NCBI GenBank assembly: GCA_043228905.1
Contig: JBHGNT010000012.1
Coordinates: forward strand, 18,042,001 to 18,106,000
Direction of reading: 5' to 3'
DNA length: 64,000 nt
Source: Azolla caroliniana
Taxonomy: Eukaryota > Plantae > Polypodiophyta
In this document: in pieces, positions 23,822-37,300 of the stretch
Position numbering within the stretch: position 1 is the stretch's first letter
How the letters are laid out: every line of letters begins with the position of its first letter
Position numbers and translations under genes: made by a program
The notes under the pieces: model-generated
Seen by the model: only the letters and a program-made list of their open reading frames with translations
Database searches by the model: none
Told to the model about the DNA's origin: nothing

Positions 23822-26579
23822 AGTCCGTACAATCGGGAAACTCCCCACACCCGTAAAATAGGTAGGAAAGTTTTGTTCTCCAACAACGGGGGGTGTACCA
23901 TAGACAACATCAGCGACTGGGAAAGGAAACGGGCCGAGGTACGCTTGAAGGCATGCAGAGCCTTAAGCCACGACGAAGGAATTGGGGAAGCCGTGGAGGC
24001 GGTCTCGTTCAATGACAACTTGGGGGAAATCGGGAAGGTAGTCGAAGGAGGCCTAAGGGAAGACCGAGTCATACCGGTCAACTCCATCGACATGTATGAA
24101 GTCATTACGAACTTCGAAAGAGAAACCCGGGCGCATCGGATCACCCAAGTAGACACTAAATACAAGCATGTGGACCGGAAGGTGAAGCCCGTTGCGCCCC
24201 CCTTACCGGAGGGCATGTGGGGACGAATAAAGGGGGTCGCTACCAACCCGAGCCTACAAAATTCGGCCGGCATAGGACATCGTTTCATCGACAAAACGCT
24301 ACGAGAGCTGAAGATCGGTGGGGGTGGCTTCCTACTGCCGGCGGAAGAGGACCGGTTCAGAAGAATGCTCGAGAGGCACGGGAAGGCCTTCGCATTCTCA
24401 GTGGGAGAGATCGGGTGCGTTGACCCGACCATCATCGAGCCAATGGTGATCTTTACAATACCACACATACCATGGAGTCTCAAGCCGATCCCAGTACCAA
24501 GAGCTCACATGCCGATGCTGATGAAGCTTCTTAAGCAAAAAGTGGAGCTGGGCATCCTCGAACCGTCGAGTGCCCCCTACTCTAACCGGTGGTTTACGCT
24601 ACCAAAGAAGAACGACATGTTGCGGTTCATCCAGGACTTACAACCGGTCAACAAAGGGACCATCCACAATACGGGGGTCGAGCCGTCGATCGATGAGTTC
24701 GCTGAAGCCTTCGCCAGAAGGTCCATATACTCAGTCAGAGATCTTTACTCAGGGTACGACCAAATCCAGCTCGCCGTGGAAAGTAGGGACATCACGACAA
24801 TGCGGACCCCTCTCGGCCTAGTTCGAATGTGTACCCTACCACAAGGCGGAACCAACTCGGTGGCACACATGGTGAACGCAATGAATAAAGTTCTGAGGGA
24901 CTGCATATCGAACATCACCATGCCTTTCTTAGACGACATCCCTATAAAGGGGTGTTCGGAAGACACTAAGGATGAATCGATCGGCACGGACGGGTGCCGA
25001 AGGTTTGTCGCGGATCACATCTCCGACTACGAGAAGATACTATAGAGGCTCGAGGGCGTACGACTTACCTTCTTGGGAAAAAATTCGGCTTTCAGACAGC
25101 CGGAGATATTAGTGGTCGGCCACCTATGTGGGCCGCATGGCTGGAAGCCATCGTTGACCATCACAAAGGAGTGCGGATCCATCACAGAGGTCCAACGATT
25201 CCTGGGGGTATGCGCCTTCTACCACATATGGATCCCTCATTACGCGCACGTCGCCGAACCACTCTACAGCCTGTTGAAGAACAGGAAAATTCGAATGGAC
25301 GAAGGAACATACGGAGGTGGTCCGGAAACTAAAATGAATGCTTACCGCGACACTGGGTTTGTGCAAAGCGGAATACACACCGGGAACTCCGGTCTACATC
25401 ACTGTGGACACCAGCCTAACCGGTTCGGTGGGTTGTGAATCAAAGGGACGAAGACGGCATGCGCTTCCCTATCCGGTTCAGTGCGAAGGTACTGAGGGAG
25501 TGATAGCGATGGTACGCCCAAGTCAAGTGCGAGCTGTGGGGTATCGTTTCGGCGGTTAAGGTCGACAAAGACTACCTCATCGGGATAGAAGTAATTATCG
25601 AAACAGACTGCTTGCTGATTCTTGGTATGGTCTCCGGATGCGCAACTCCCGACCTAGCCATGCTCAGGTGGATTGCGTACATCAAGTCCCTGAACCCGGA
25701 GATACGACACATCTCGGGTAAAGACAACGACATGGCCGATATGCTTTCTAGAGCAAGATTTGAGGATGAGGACTGCATGGTATCAGAGAGCGAAGAAGTT
25801 GGCGCAGACTTCTTTCGAATCGGCAAGGATGAGGATAAAAGGGCGAAGCGCTCCGCCTATGAATGAGTTCGATGAAGACGACTACGATGGGGAGTGTCTT
25901 CTAATCGGAAGATTTCTAAAAACAATGATGGCGGACGCCTCGATGACTAGGGAGGAAATGGGACAACTCCGAAAAAGGGCATACTGAGACTTCCTATAGA
26001 ACGGGAAGATCTGGAGGGTCCCAAAAAGGCGAAACGACGCGCCGCTCCGGGTAATAGCGCGGGCGGATGATTAAGAGAAGCTAATATTGGAGTTCCAAGA
26101 AAGCCCTTGGTCTGGACACCGGGGTACATGGGCCACATTCGAGAAGTTAAAGGAGAAATACTGGTGGCCGGGTATATATAAGAGCGTGCATGACTTCGTG
26201 TCCATATGCGAAAGCTGCCAGATGCACTTGGTGGTTCAACACCGTGACGAGCTGCACCCAACATACCCCCCGGCCGTGCACTTCAAATGGATGGTCGACT
26301 TAGTGACGATGCCGATGGGGGAGGGTCAGAAGCGATACCTGGTGCTGGCTAGAGAAGACCTAACGAACCAGGTAGAGGGTCGGGTAGTAATGAACAACAC
26401 CACGGCAGTATGCAAGTTTTTGATCGAAGATGTCGTATGCCGATACGGGTGCGTGGGAAAAATCGTGGCTAACCGAGGCGAGCTAGATACGAAAGAGGCC
26501 GAGGAACTGTTCGATCGGTTAGGTGTAAAACTGTCTCTCACAATGGCGTACTACCTGGAGGCAAACAGAAAGATTGATA

Positions 26580-27530
26580 CATCGGCGTGAGCCTCCACAT
26601 TTGTCCCATGTCATGATACATCGGCGTTGCAAAAAGGCCTCATTTATAGAGGAATCAAATGATACATCATGAAGCAAGTGTCTCGCATCCCATCTACCAA
26701 ACCAATTTTCTATATCTTGCATTCAATTGGAACACAAAATTTTGCTTTTATTCGTCTTTTGGATCATTTTTCTTGCTTCCCACGCAATTCTAGGAAGTCG
26801 ATATGAGGGAAATTTTTGAACCTTAAGCATGTATTCAACAACCCTTTCCATGGCCATTATCTCAATGGGAAGCGATCCTGTCTCAAGGAGGAGGGTGTAA
26901 GGCGTTTGTTTCTTAACTTGTAGATACTTTGTAAGAAAATGTTTTTGGACATTTTCAAACTCTTTCCACATACATTTAGGGATGCTACCGCCCCATACTT
27001 CCACCCCATAGACAAGAATTGGTGTCATCAAAGTGTTAAAAATATATTTCTTGAGGACCTAACATTTAATATCTCCAAGATTGCATGTGTTCTCAAATGC
27101 ATAATATGCTCGCTTTCATGCCTCGAAGCGGCGTATAGCACATTCGTTCCATTTATGATTTGAAGGAACTTTAAGGCCAAGATATTTGAAGCTTTCCACA
27201 CATTCAAGTGGGTCATTGTTGTACATAATGCATGGTTTATCTCTTTTTTGGCTCTTCACAAACATAATCTTTGTTTTAGAGCTATTGACACTTAATTTAG
27301 TATGCATGCAAATTTTTTTCAATGCCTTCATAAGGTTTTGTGCATCTCCTAAAGTATTTGCAAAACGCACTACATCATCTGCATATAGCAAAAGCATAAT
27401 CACAACATTCCCAATGTCAACTTCTTCAACACATTCTTCCTTTGCAAACTTGGTAACCATTTCTTCCAATTCATCAATGCATAGACCAAATAGTGTTGGT
27501 GGGAGTGGGCATCCTCTCTTAACACCAAAT
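26580..27530 (-). mobile_element. LINE RT C-terminal fragment, L2/CR1-group (Crack/Daphne-like)
   Basis: GCPLPPTLFGLCID, LLYADD, LSVNSSKTKIM, VESFKYLG, PILVYGVEVWG..ENVQKHFL..LETGSLPI..RLPRIAW. Confidence 0.8.
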
Positions 27531-28145
27531 CCATCTGGTGTGCATGAGATTACCCCTCACCAGAAGTACTATGGAAAGAAACCAGATCTATCCCATGCCT
27601 ACACATTCGCGATGAGAAGCAGCAAAAGTTGGACCCAAAATCAGAGAAGTGCATCCTCATGGGGTACTCACTTGAGGAGAAAGGTTACAAATGCTTCAAC
27701 CCATCTACTCGAAAGGCTCGTGTAAGTCCAGACGTCGTGTTCGATGAATCGACATTGTGGTCGATTTTGAAGTCAACCCGGATGACGATGAACAACTAAG
27801 AGCAATACCTGAGGAGAGTCTAATCTCAACTAGATTGAGTGGACCCGAAGAGCCTACAAGTGAGCAAAGCATGTCACAAGCCAAGTCCGATATCAAACAA
27901 AGGAAACGCCACTCCAACGAGAGTGACGATGAACTGGCACAAACTGTTGACAATGAATTCGAAGATAACACAATATCTTCATCGAATTGGCATTAGCATG
28001 TCAAATTCTGACAATTCTCTCTATGTTAGAAGTGATTCAGGAAGTCTGATTTTTATCATCCTCTACGTGGATGATCTGTTCATTAGCGATGAACAACTAG
28101 TCGACATCAACAAGGTCAAGAACCTCCTCTCTGGAAAATTTGATT
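27530..28145 (+). mobile_element. Deleted copia INT/RT fragment
   Basis: TPHQKYYGKKPDLSH, KLDPKSEKCILMGY, SDNSLYV..ILYVDDL. Confidence 0.8.
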
Positions 28146-30810
28146 ATTGTTTCATACAATCATACAACTAACAAGCTTGTTTTTTTTTGCTTTCACACAC
28201 TATCGTTGCTTCTGCAATGTTCTTCCTCATAATGTATGTGGTTTGCATAACTAGAAGCATGAAGTTCAATTTGATGGCAACATATGAAGCTACAAAGGCA
28301 TCTCCTTGGTCCATCATCAAGATGTAGGAATGCATGGGTTCAAGGCCATGACTCTAAGAGTGATGATATAAAGTGGTGAAGGTGAGAAACTCAACTACTT
28401 CCTCACAATTTAAATAGTTCTCCACTAGAGTTCGTTTTAAGGTTGCATATATATATATGCGTATATATATATCATGGATAGTTATGCCATTGGAAAACAA
28501 GATGAGCGTAGAAGAGCTTTTGGCAACAAGTATAAGAAAACTTGAGTGAAAACCAAAAGATTTGGAGTTGGCATTGGGCATGTTTAAGGCTGTCAAGGTA
28601 AAAAAACAAGGCAATATTCGACAAGAGATATTACTTGCGACCAAAAAGGATCGAAAAAGAAGATTGGTGTCACGGACGGGTAGACGAGGCTAAATACTAA
28701 GAGAGAGTGAGAGCATAAGCAAGAGAACAAGAAAGGGATAAAGACTATCACAGATGAGTAGACGAGGCTCGGTACTAAGATAGAGAGAGAGAGAGAGAGA
28801 GATCATAGACAAGAGAACAAGCACTAGAGAGAGAGAAAATAGACAAGAGAACAAGAACTGAATTATGTTTCCGTAACTGGTGTTGTTCACCTTGATTGTA
28901 ATCAAGGTGCACCCGAGTATTTATACAAGAATGTGGAGGTATGCATGTAAGCTAGGAAACTTCTAGAGAGTGCATGCAGATTCATTCTCTAGAAGTTTCT
29001 TGAAAGTTCTAATGATTAATCTACAATGTAATAAGTTGAATCTTATACCATACAATCCAATACAACCATGGAACCAATTTTCTCAATGATTCAGAAAGAG
29101 CCTAAGTTCTTGTAGTTGAGCTTCGAACAAGGATGAGTGGTGGCAATATAGCGACGGAGAAACCAAACAAAGTCATCTACCTCGAACCGAGGAGCATTTG
29201 AGCGAAGACGGTCAACTTGCTCCTTGTAGCATTCTCCAGCAAGGGTGAGCTCCAAGGAAAGGTCGCGATGTACATACTCCAAAAGATGTGCCTGATCCTC
29301 CGCAGAAGGATTGACAGAGTCAAAGGGAAGAGAAATGTTGAAAAGGGGGTGGAGACCATAGTGTGCGAAAAATGGAGTAACTCCCGTAGATGCATCCAGA
29401 GAGTTGTTGTAGGAGAACTCAGCAAATGGGAGAAGGTCAACCCAAACGTTTTGTTGGTAGCTAAGAGAGCACCGCAAGTATTGTTCCAGGATTTGGTTAA
29501 CCCGCTCTGTTTGTCCATCGGTTTGCGGATGATAGGCTGAAGAACCAACGGTTTGCAGAAGGCGCCACCAGAAATTGGAAACAAATTGTGGTCCTTGATT
29601 AGAAGTGATACATCTAGGAGTACATGTAGTCAAACAACATTTTGGAAAAACAAATCGGGTGTCTCCTCTATGGTAATGGTTTTGGCACATGGAGCAAAAT
29701 GGGCCATCTTGGTGAAACGATCGACCACGACGAACACCAAGTCATAGCCACCAACAAAGGGAAGGTCAGTGATGAAATCCACGGAAAGAGAGACCCAAGG
29801 CCATTTGGGGATTGGGAGAGGTTGAAGCAGACCATATGGTCGATGATGAGATGCTTTAGAGCGAGCACAAACGTCGCATAACTTAACGGACTCTTTGATC
29901 AATTACCATGGTTGCGGCCACCAGTACCCTCGAGATATCAACTCCAAAGTTTTTGCAACGCCAAAATGACTAACAAGTGGATCATCGTGACACTCTTGGA
30001 GACCCTAGTCCAACACGAACCTTCTAGGACATACAAAAGGTTATCCCGAACCAAAAGATTATCTTGAATTGTAAAACAAACTAAGTTGGGCCTTTTTGGT
30101 TCATGGGAGGGGTTTGTGATACTTGCCTTCACCTCTGTGGCGAACTTGTCAGTCGTAGTGGCTTCTCCTATTTGCTTGAGCAAAGAGTCATCCCGGAGCA
30201 AGTAAGTCACGAAGTTGTAGAATTGGTCTGGCTTTAACAAACTCTGGGATTGTTGGACATAGGCTTCATCCTCCGGAGTGAGGTCAAACTCAGATCGACG
30301 AGATAAGACATCGGCCATCGTGTGTTGAGCACCAGGTGGAAAGATTATCTCAAAATCATAGTCTGCCAAGAAGGTTGACCAATGCGCCTGTCTACAATTT
30401 GAAGTTCCTGTGGTAGAAAAGTATATTAGGTTTTTGTGATCGGTAACCACTTAGATACGATGTTGCTCCCCTGCCATATAGGGTCTCCATTCTTCGAAAG
30501 CAACAATAATAGTGAGAAGCTCCTTGTCATATATGGGGTAGTTGATTTCTGGGGCTATTAATTTGGGGGAGTAGTAAGCCACCGGGTGAAGCACAACAAC
30601 CTCATCTGGTTGGGAGAGGATTGCCCCAATGGCGAAATCGGAAGCATCCGTTTCGACATGGAAAGGCTTAGTGGGGTCATGATGTAAAAGGACTTGTGTT
30701 GTAGTAAACGCTTGTTTCAACAAGTCGAACACCTTTTCTGCAGTTTTTGTCCATTCGAAAGTAGAATCCTTGCGGGTAAGCGCAATGAGAGGTTGTGCAA
30801 TGACTGAAAA

Positions 30811-31203
30811 TCCTTTGATGAAACAACGATAAAAATTGGCAAAACCAAGAAATGATTGCACATATCGTACCCGAGTTGGGATAACCCACTCTTGAATAGT
30901 CTTGACTTTCTGTGTGTCCATTGTGATTCCTTGTATCAGGATGACATACCCAAGAAACTCTACAGAAGTACGATCAAATTCACATTTTTCACATTTAGCA
31001 TAGAGTCCTTTGATGAAACAACGATAAAAATTGGCAAAACCAAGAAATGATTGCACATATCGTACCCGAGTTGGGATAACCCACTCTTGAATAGTCTTGA
31101 CTTTCTGTGTGTCCATTGTGATTCCTTGTATCAGGATGACATACCCAAGAAACTCTACAGAAGTACGATCAAATTCACATTTTTCACATTTAGCATAGAG
31201 TCC
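30811..31203. repeat. 195-bp in-frame tandem duplication in RT
   Basis: 65-aa peptide GLYAKCEKCEF...FYRCFIK repeated twice in ORF 30451-31296. Confidence 0.95.
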
Positions 31204-33507
31204 ATGCTCTCGAAGTTTGGCGAGGACTAACCTCACATGTTGAGTATGCTCCTTGATGTTCGAAGAGAAGACCAAGATATCATCCAGATAGATCACAACA
31301 AAGTGATCTAGATATTCTCAGAAGATGTCATGCATCATATGTTGAAATACTGCATGAGCATTAGTGAGGTTGAAAGGCATTATTACCTTATACTCGAAAT
31401 GATTGTAGCGCGTTCTAAAGGCGGTTTCCCGTAGGTCGATCTTAGAGAAGATCCATCCAGTTCGGAGTCGATCGAACAACTCTAGGATGAGAGGCAGTGG
31501 GTAGCGGTTGCGAACAGTAATCTTGTTTAGACCTCGATAGTCGACGTAGAGGCGTAAGGAGCAATCTTTCTTTTTCATGAACAAAAGAGGAGCTCATGTG
31601 GGTGATTTTGAGGGTTGAATAAAACCCTTTAAGGTTCTCGTTGACAGAGATAAGTTCAGAGTGCCTGGAGTTCTGGTTCCGACAACCCATAAATTGGGCC
31701 GAAGGGAGGACTGGCACCTTCTTGCAGATCGATTAGACAGTCGTAGGGTCGATGCTCAGGCAAGCGATCAACATTCTTTTTCTCAAACACGTCCCCGAAG
31801 TCTTCATACTTGGACGGTAGTGAGTCGGTAGTTGTCTTCAATGGACTACTCGACTCAGAGGCACTATGCATTATTTTCCTTGTTGTGACTAGGACGTGAG
31901 AATCTGCCTTGGAGCTGATTCTTGCTTTAATGGAAGGGTGAGGGCCTGAACCCGATTTGTGCCATATTGTTGTGACAACATGAGATACGGTTGGCACCTC
32001 TAAGCTAGTTTGTGAGAAAGTAATCAAGTGGTTGTGCCAATCGGTAAATTGGATTTTGTGCCTTCATCCAAGACAAACCAAGTATGACTGGATGTCGCGG
32101 TGAAGGGATAATGTAAAATGTTAAGACCTCCTAGTGGTTCCCGAGTTGTAAGATAAGTGGAACAGTGGCTTCGGTGAATGGTCTAGAAGAAAGCGTGCAT
32201 CCATCGATAGTTTCCACTAGGATTGGCTTGGACAATCAGACAACTGGAAATTTGTGTTTACGAATGAACATTTCGTCCATAAAACATGTTCTTGCCCCGG
32301 AATAGAGAAGTGCTAAGGACCTAATTGAAATAGAGTTGAAATGGATGCTTACATGGAAGGAGAAATCTTCTATCGATGTAGCCGAACTATGGGAGCAACA
32401 CGAATGCAGATTGTCCAACAACATGGGTCCTACTGAAGTTGGACACTGTCATTTTCCAGTTGTTAGGGTTGTCTAATTGTATTGTTTGTAGATAATTGTT
32501 GCTGACAAAAACGAATTAGATGGGTGGATGCACCACAATATAAACATAGTCCGTTGGATCGGTGATACCTCCGTTCAGCCTCGGTGAGTGGTGGGGCGCG
32601 AGCTCGATCAATTTCCATCAGCACGAGGTCATCATACAATGATGATGGAGGAGATCTCGATGACGATGAAGGAGATCTCGAAGAGGGTTGCCACCTTGAA
32701 GTTGCTCATTCCTCTTGATGAAGCTCAAACAACCGATTGTCACAACTAACTACTTGTGTGATAGCTTGCGACAATGTCATAGAGCGCTTGGCCATCCCAC
32801 TGAACATCACATGCTAATTGTCTAAATTCAAAGGCATAAATGGATATTGGGCGCATACCTTGATGTAATGAATAGAGTTTGGTAATGGCACTTCTGCGTC
32901 GATCCGTATTCCCAAATGTCTTCTCAAACTCTGCCAGAAAGGCAGGAAACTTTTGGAGAAGTTCTAATGAAGTTTCGACCAACGGTGCAAACTAGGCTTG
33001 TGCATCTCCTGACCAAAGGGTTCCAATGAGACCAACTTGACGACAATCATCCACATACCGGTGGGGTTGTAGTTGAATAATAAGCTTGACTTGATTTATG
33101 AACCCTCAGAAGTGCTTCCTCGTGCCATCGAACTTGGCAAGTAAACTAATCTTGGGCTCAATACTTGTAGTGGGATGGAGAGGAGTTGAAGAAAGAGTGG
33201 ACGAGGGACCAGGCTCTACAGGTAGAACATTTGTTGATGCACGAGAGTTGTTTTTTTCTTCGAGTTCCATCGGTGTTCCCACTTGAAGCTTCCGTAACGA
33301 TTCCCAAAGGTTGTCATTCTCAAGTTGAAGTTGACACATGGCTTCCATGAGTTGATTTATTCTCTCGGTAAGATCCGACATGTTGAGGCTTAGAAAATGG
33401 CAAGGTGAACAAACTATCACGGACGGGTAGACGAGGCTAAATACTAAGAGAGAGCGAGAGAACAAGAAAGGGATAGGGATTATCATGGACGAGTAGACGA
33501 GGCTCGT

Positions 33508-33594
<87 letters not shown>

Positions 33595-33853
33595 ATAGAC
33601 AAGAGAACAAGAACCAGAGAGAAAAAATAGACAAGAGAACAAGAACTGAATTATGTTTCCGTAACTGGTGTTGTTCACCTTGATTGTAATCAAGGTGCAC
33701 CCGAGTATTTATACAAGAATGTGGAGGTATGAATGTAAGCTAGGAAACTTCTAGAGAGTGCATGAAGATGCATTCTCTAGAAGTTTCTTGAAAGTTCTAA
33801 TGATTAATCTACAGTGTAATAAGTTGAATCTTATTCAGTGCAATAATGCATAG

Positions 33854-33924
33854 GTGGATGTAGGTCAACTAGTAAGGTTGCCCAATAAGACCAGGAGGTC
33901 ATGGGTTCAACCCCCTACATTCCA
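33854..33924 (+). other. tRNA(Ala)-like module inside the chromovirus 5' LTR U3, antisense to the element
   Basis: GTGGATG-TAGGTCAACTAG...AGGTCATGGGTTCAACCCCCTACATTCCA; 71 nt with partial acceptor and T stems. Confidence 0.6.
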
Positions 33925-33945
33925 TGTGGCATCCTGTCTATGACA

Positions 33946-34300
33946 ATTGGGTGATCAACATACCTCAATGAGGACGTTCACAAGGTGGTGGTTTGGGTCG
34001 TATGAGGTGACAAACGCAAATGACAATGCCACCTATCACTTCACTAAACTAGATGGAGCAAGGTTAACGATTCTAACAATGGAAAAAAAAGAGCTTCAAG
34101 TTGCAAGAGGAGGAGAAGCCAAACCTCGATAATCTCAAGGAAGACGAAAACAATGGTTAACATATGTCAAAAGTCAAGGGGAACAAAGGTGACGATAGGG
34201 ATAGAAATGGAAGTGAGGAGGACAAATGTTGACTACCTTTGGCCCAGCCATCCTTTGCACATATTGAAGGATGTGCGGGTTTGGTGGGGGTGGATGTCAT
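33946..34300 (+). mobile_element. Gypsy integrase C-terminus and PPT (host of the 28668 insertion)
   Basis: QHTSMRTFTRWWFGSYEV..NDNATY (GPY/F-like); G-rich tract before tgtcatg at ~34295. Confidence 0.6.
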
Positions 34301-34380
34301 GATGTTGTGGGCCCTAAGGTACAAATATATAAAAAAGGAGAAAGTAGGCCAACCACATTAAATTGAAGATATCTTCATAT

Positions 34381-37300
34381 TGAAGGCAGCACGAGGATTA
34401 GGGTTTAGGTCAAAAACAGAGGGGGAGAGAGTCTGAGTGAGAGACCAAGGGAGAGAGAGATGCACGTTGTCTTGGGTACAAAGAGTGTACCTCTTTTTTG
34501 GTTTTTAGATATTATGTATATACAAGTCAAAAGTGTGCTACGAGTGCGTTCACACTCGTGCACTAATAAAAGGCATGATGGCCCTTTATTCCCAACAACC
34601 TCCCACCTAAAGGCAATGTGCCATGAGAGTAAAAAGAAAAAAAAAAGTCAGCTAAGTCCAAGTATGTACAAAGTTGAACTACATACATCTATCCAACTCC
34701 CATCATCTGTCGGCAATGAGCAAATCGCTCAGCTAGAAGACCCTTCGTGATAAGATCTGCGAGATTATTATTTGTATGTACTTTGACAAGATCAATGTTC
34801 TTGCTATCAAGTACATCTCTAATGAAGTGATACTTCACCTCTATGTGCTTCGTCTTTGCATGAAAGACGGGATTCTGAGCTAGCATGATAGCACTCTGGT
34901 TGTCACAATGAAGAATAGGTAACTCTGTAATGCCAAGATCTCTCACTAGATATGAAAGCCATAAAGCCTCTTTGCATGCCTTAGTGGCAACAACATACTC
35001 TGCCTCTATAGTAGACAATGCAACACACTTCTGTACTCTAGAGATCCTAGAGACCGCTCCTCCTGTGAAAGTAAACACATACCCAGAAGTAGACTTCCTA
35101 CAGCCTGCGTGACCAGCATAGTCCGCATCCGTAAAACCAACGACAAATGCCTTTTGCTTTCCAAAGCAAATGCCCAAGTCCTTTGTGCCTTTGAGGTATA
35201 TCATAATACCTTTCACCGCTTCCCAATGCTTTTTGTCGGGATTTGTCATGTACCTACTAACCACTCCCACTACAAAGGCAATATTAGGGCATGTAGCAAC
35301 CATCGCATATATCAAACTACCAATGGCAGAAGCATATGGAACCTTAGCCATTTCAGCCTTCTCATCATCAGATGTAGGGTTGTCTTCTGTACTGAGTTTC
35401 AAATATGGAGGCAATGGAACCCCAATTGTTTCCCCACCCCTCCATATTGAAACGCTGCAAAACCTTAGAGATATACTCCTGCTGAGATAGAAAGAGTACC
35501 CCTTTCGATCGGTTTTCGAGTATTCACATGCCAAGGATGTGATTTGCATCACCAAGATCCTTCATATCAAAGCTTCCATGAAGGCTTTGCTTCAATGAAT
35601 CCAAGGCATGAATATCCTTGCCAGCTATCAACATATCATCAACATACAAAACCAAGATAATCAGGTTGCCATCTCCTGCCTTCTTAGTGTACAAGCATTG
35701 GTCTACTTGACTTCTACGAAAACCTTGAGACTACATAAATGCATCAAATTTATGATACCATTCTCTTGGTGCTTGTTTCAACCCATACAAACTCCTTTTG
35801 AGCTTACAAACCATCTTCTCTTTGCCTTTAGCCACAAAACCTTCAGGCTGTTGCATATATATGTCTTCATGCAGATCGCCATGTAAAAAGGCGGTCTTCA
35901 CATCCATCTGTATGAGCTCCATATCTTCAGCTGCAACTAAGCCCAAAATGATTCTTAATGTAGTCATCTTGACTACATGCGAGAAGATCTCATCAAAATC
36001 AACTCCATATTCCTGCTTGTATCCTTTTGCAACCAATCTTGCTTTGTACTTTGGCAAGGAATCAGAAATGACCTTCATTTTATAAACCCATTTGCATGGA
36101 AGTGTTTTCTGCCCTTTAGGCAATTGCACCAAATCCCAAGTGTCATTTTTCTCAAGAGATTCCATCTCTGACAACATGGCTTTATACCATTTCTTATTGT
36201 CATGTCTGTCCATTGCTTCCTTGAAGCAGGTCAGTTCGCCACAATCAGTTACCATGACATAATCAGCCACACTGTTTGCATCAGGAACAAATCTGTCATG
36301 CTATCTAGTAACTCTAGATGATCTCCTAACCCAATGCTCATTGTTTGGTAGTTGTTGAGCCTGCAAATCATCATTTTCAATTTGCAGTCCAGGCATTTCA
36401 ACCTGCAAATCAGCATTCACAACTTGTTGTTCTAACTGTTCCTGCACATTTGGTGGCTCATCATTATTGGCAAAGGCTGGTTGATCATTTCCAACCTCAT
36501 TTTCTGCATTTGCATGTAATTTTACACCAGGTGTTTGCTGCTATACAACAGGCACATTTTATAGTCTAAATGGTATTTCTTCTCGGAATACAACCCTACA
36601 CACTTCCTTAGTCTTTTCGGGTTGTTTATGCATGCGATTTTCCCAGAAGATAACATCATTGTTGCGTAATATTTTTCTTTTCTCGGGATCCCACAATCTA
36701 TACCCCATTTCACCCTCGTCACCGTATCCTAGGAAAATACATTTGTAGGACTTTGGCTCAAGTTTGTTGCATTCTTCTTTACGAATGTGCACAAAAGCCT
36801 CATAGCCAAACACTCTCAAGTGAGCATATGAAGGTGGCTTGCCCAACCACGCTTCTTGGGGTATTCCCCCTCCCAAAGACCTGTTAGGTGACCGATTAAT
36901 CAAGTGAATAGCTGTCATAACAGCCTCTGCCCCAAAAACCATGGGGTAACGTAGCATGAGACAGCATAGTACGGACCTTATCTTGAATAGTCTGATTCAT
37001 ACACTCTGCAACTCCATTCTAGGGTGGATTATAAGGGGCAGTGAGTTCCCTCTTTATCCCTTTTTTGTCACAAAGTGCTTGAAAAGCCTTGGACACATAT
37101 TCCCCACCATTGTCAAAGCAAAGACACTTAAGTGTCTTATCAATTTGATTCTCAACTAATGTCAAAAATGTTTGAAACTTGTCGAGCACTTCACCCTTGC
37201 TACGAATAGGGTAAACCCATACCTTCTGTGTAGCATCATCGACAAAAGTGACTAAGTATTTCTTTCCCCCTAATGATAGCCCTGGCATCTGACATACATC

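Larger units (their letters stand above)
20264..26575 (+). mobile_element. Ty3/gypsy with fungal-like RT (5' LTR 20264-21003, gag, PR, RT, RNase H, INT), 3'-truncated
   Basis: TGTC...GACA LTR; INHGSEINLM protease; LRFIQDLQPVN, DLYSGYDQ, LPQGGTNSV, PFLDDIPIKG RT; GHRGTWAT..WWP..CESCQ integrase; frameshifts and stops. Confidence 0.9.
28668..33945 (-). mobile_element. Tcn1-like chromovirus (Ty3/gypsy) with TSD ATTGG; 5' LTR 33415-33945, truncated 3' LTR 28668-~29046
   Basis: TGTCA/TGACA termini; ATTGG at 28663-67 and 33946-50; gag, PR, RT (YLDD), RNase H (ETDASDFAIGAIL), INT (SVDFITDLP, HPQTDGQTERVNQ). Confidence 0.95.

Noticed and set aside
28310-28355. Sixth tRNA-like module (GGGTTCAAGGCC)
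   Set aside because: B-box-like only; no convincing A box
33854-33924. Functional tRNA gene (also the modules at 14507, 19783, 57192 and 57316)
   Set aside because: D and anticodon stems do not pair; reported only as tRNA-like modules
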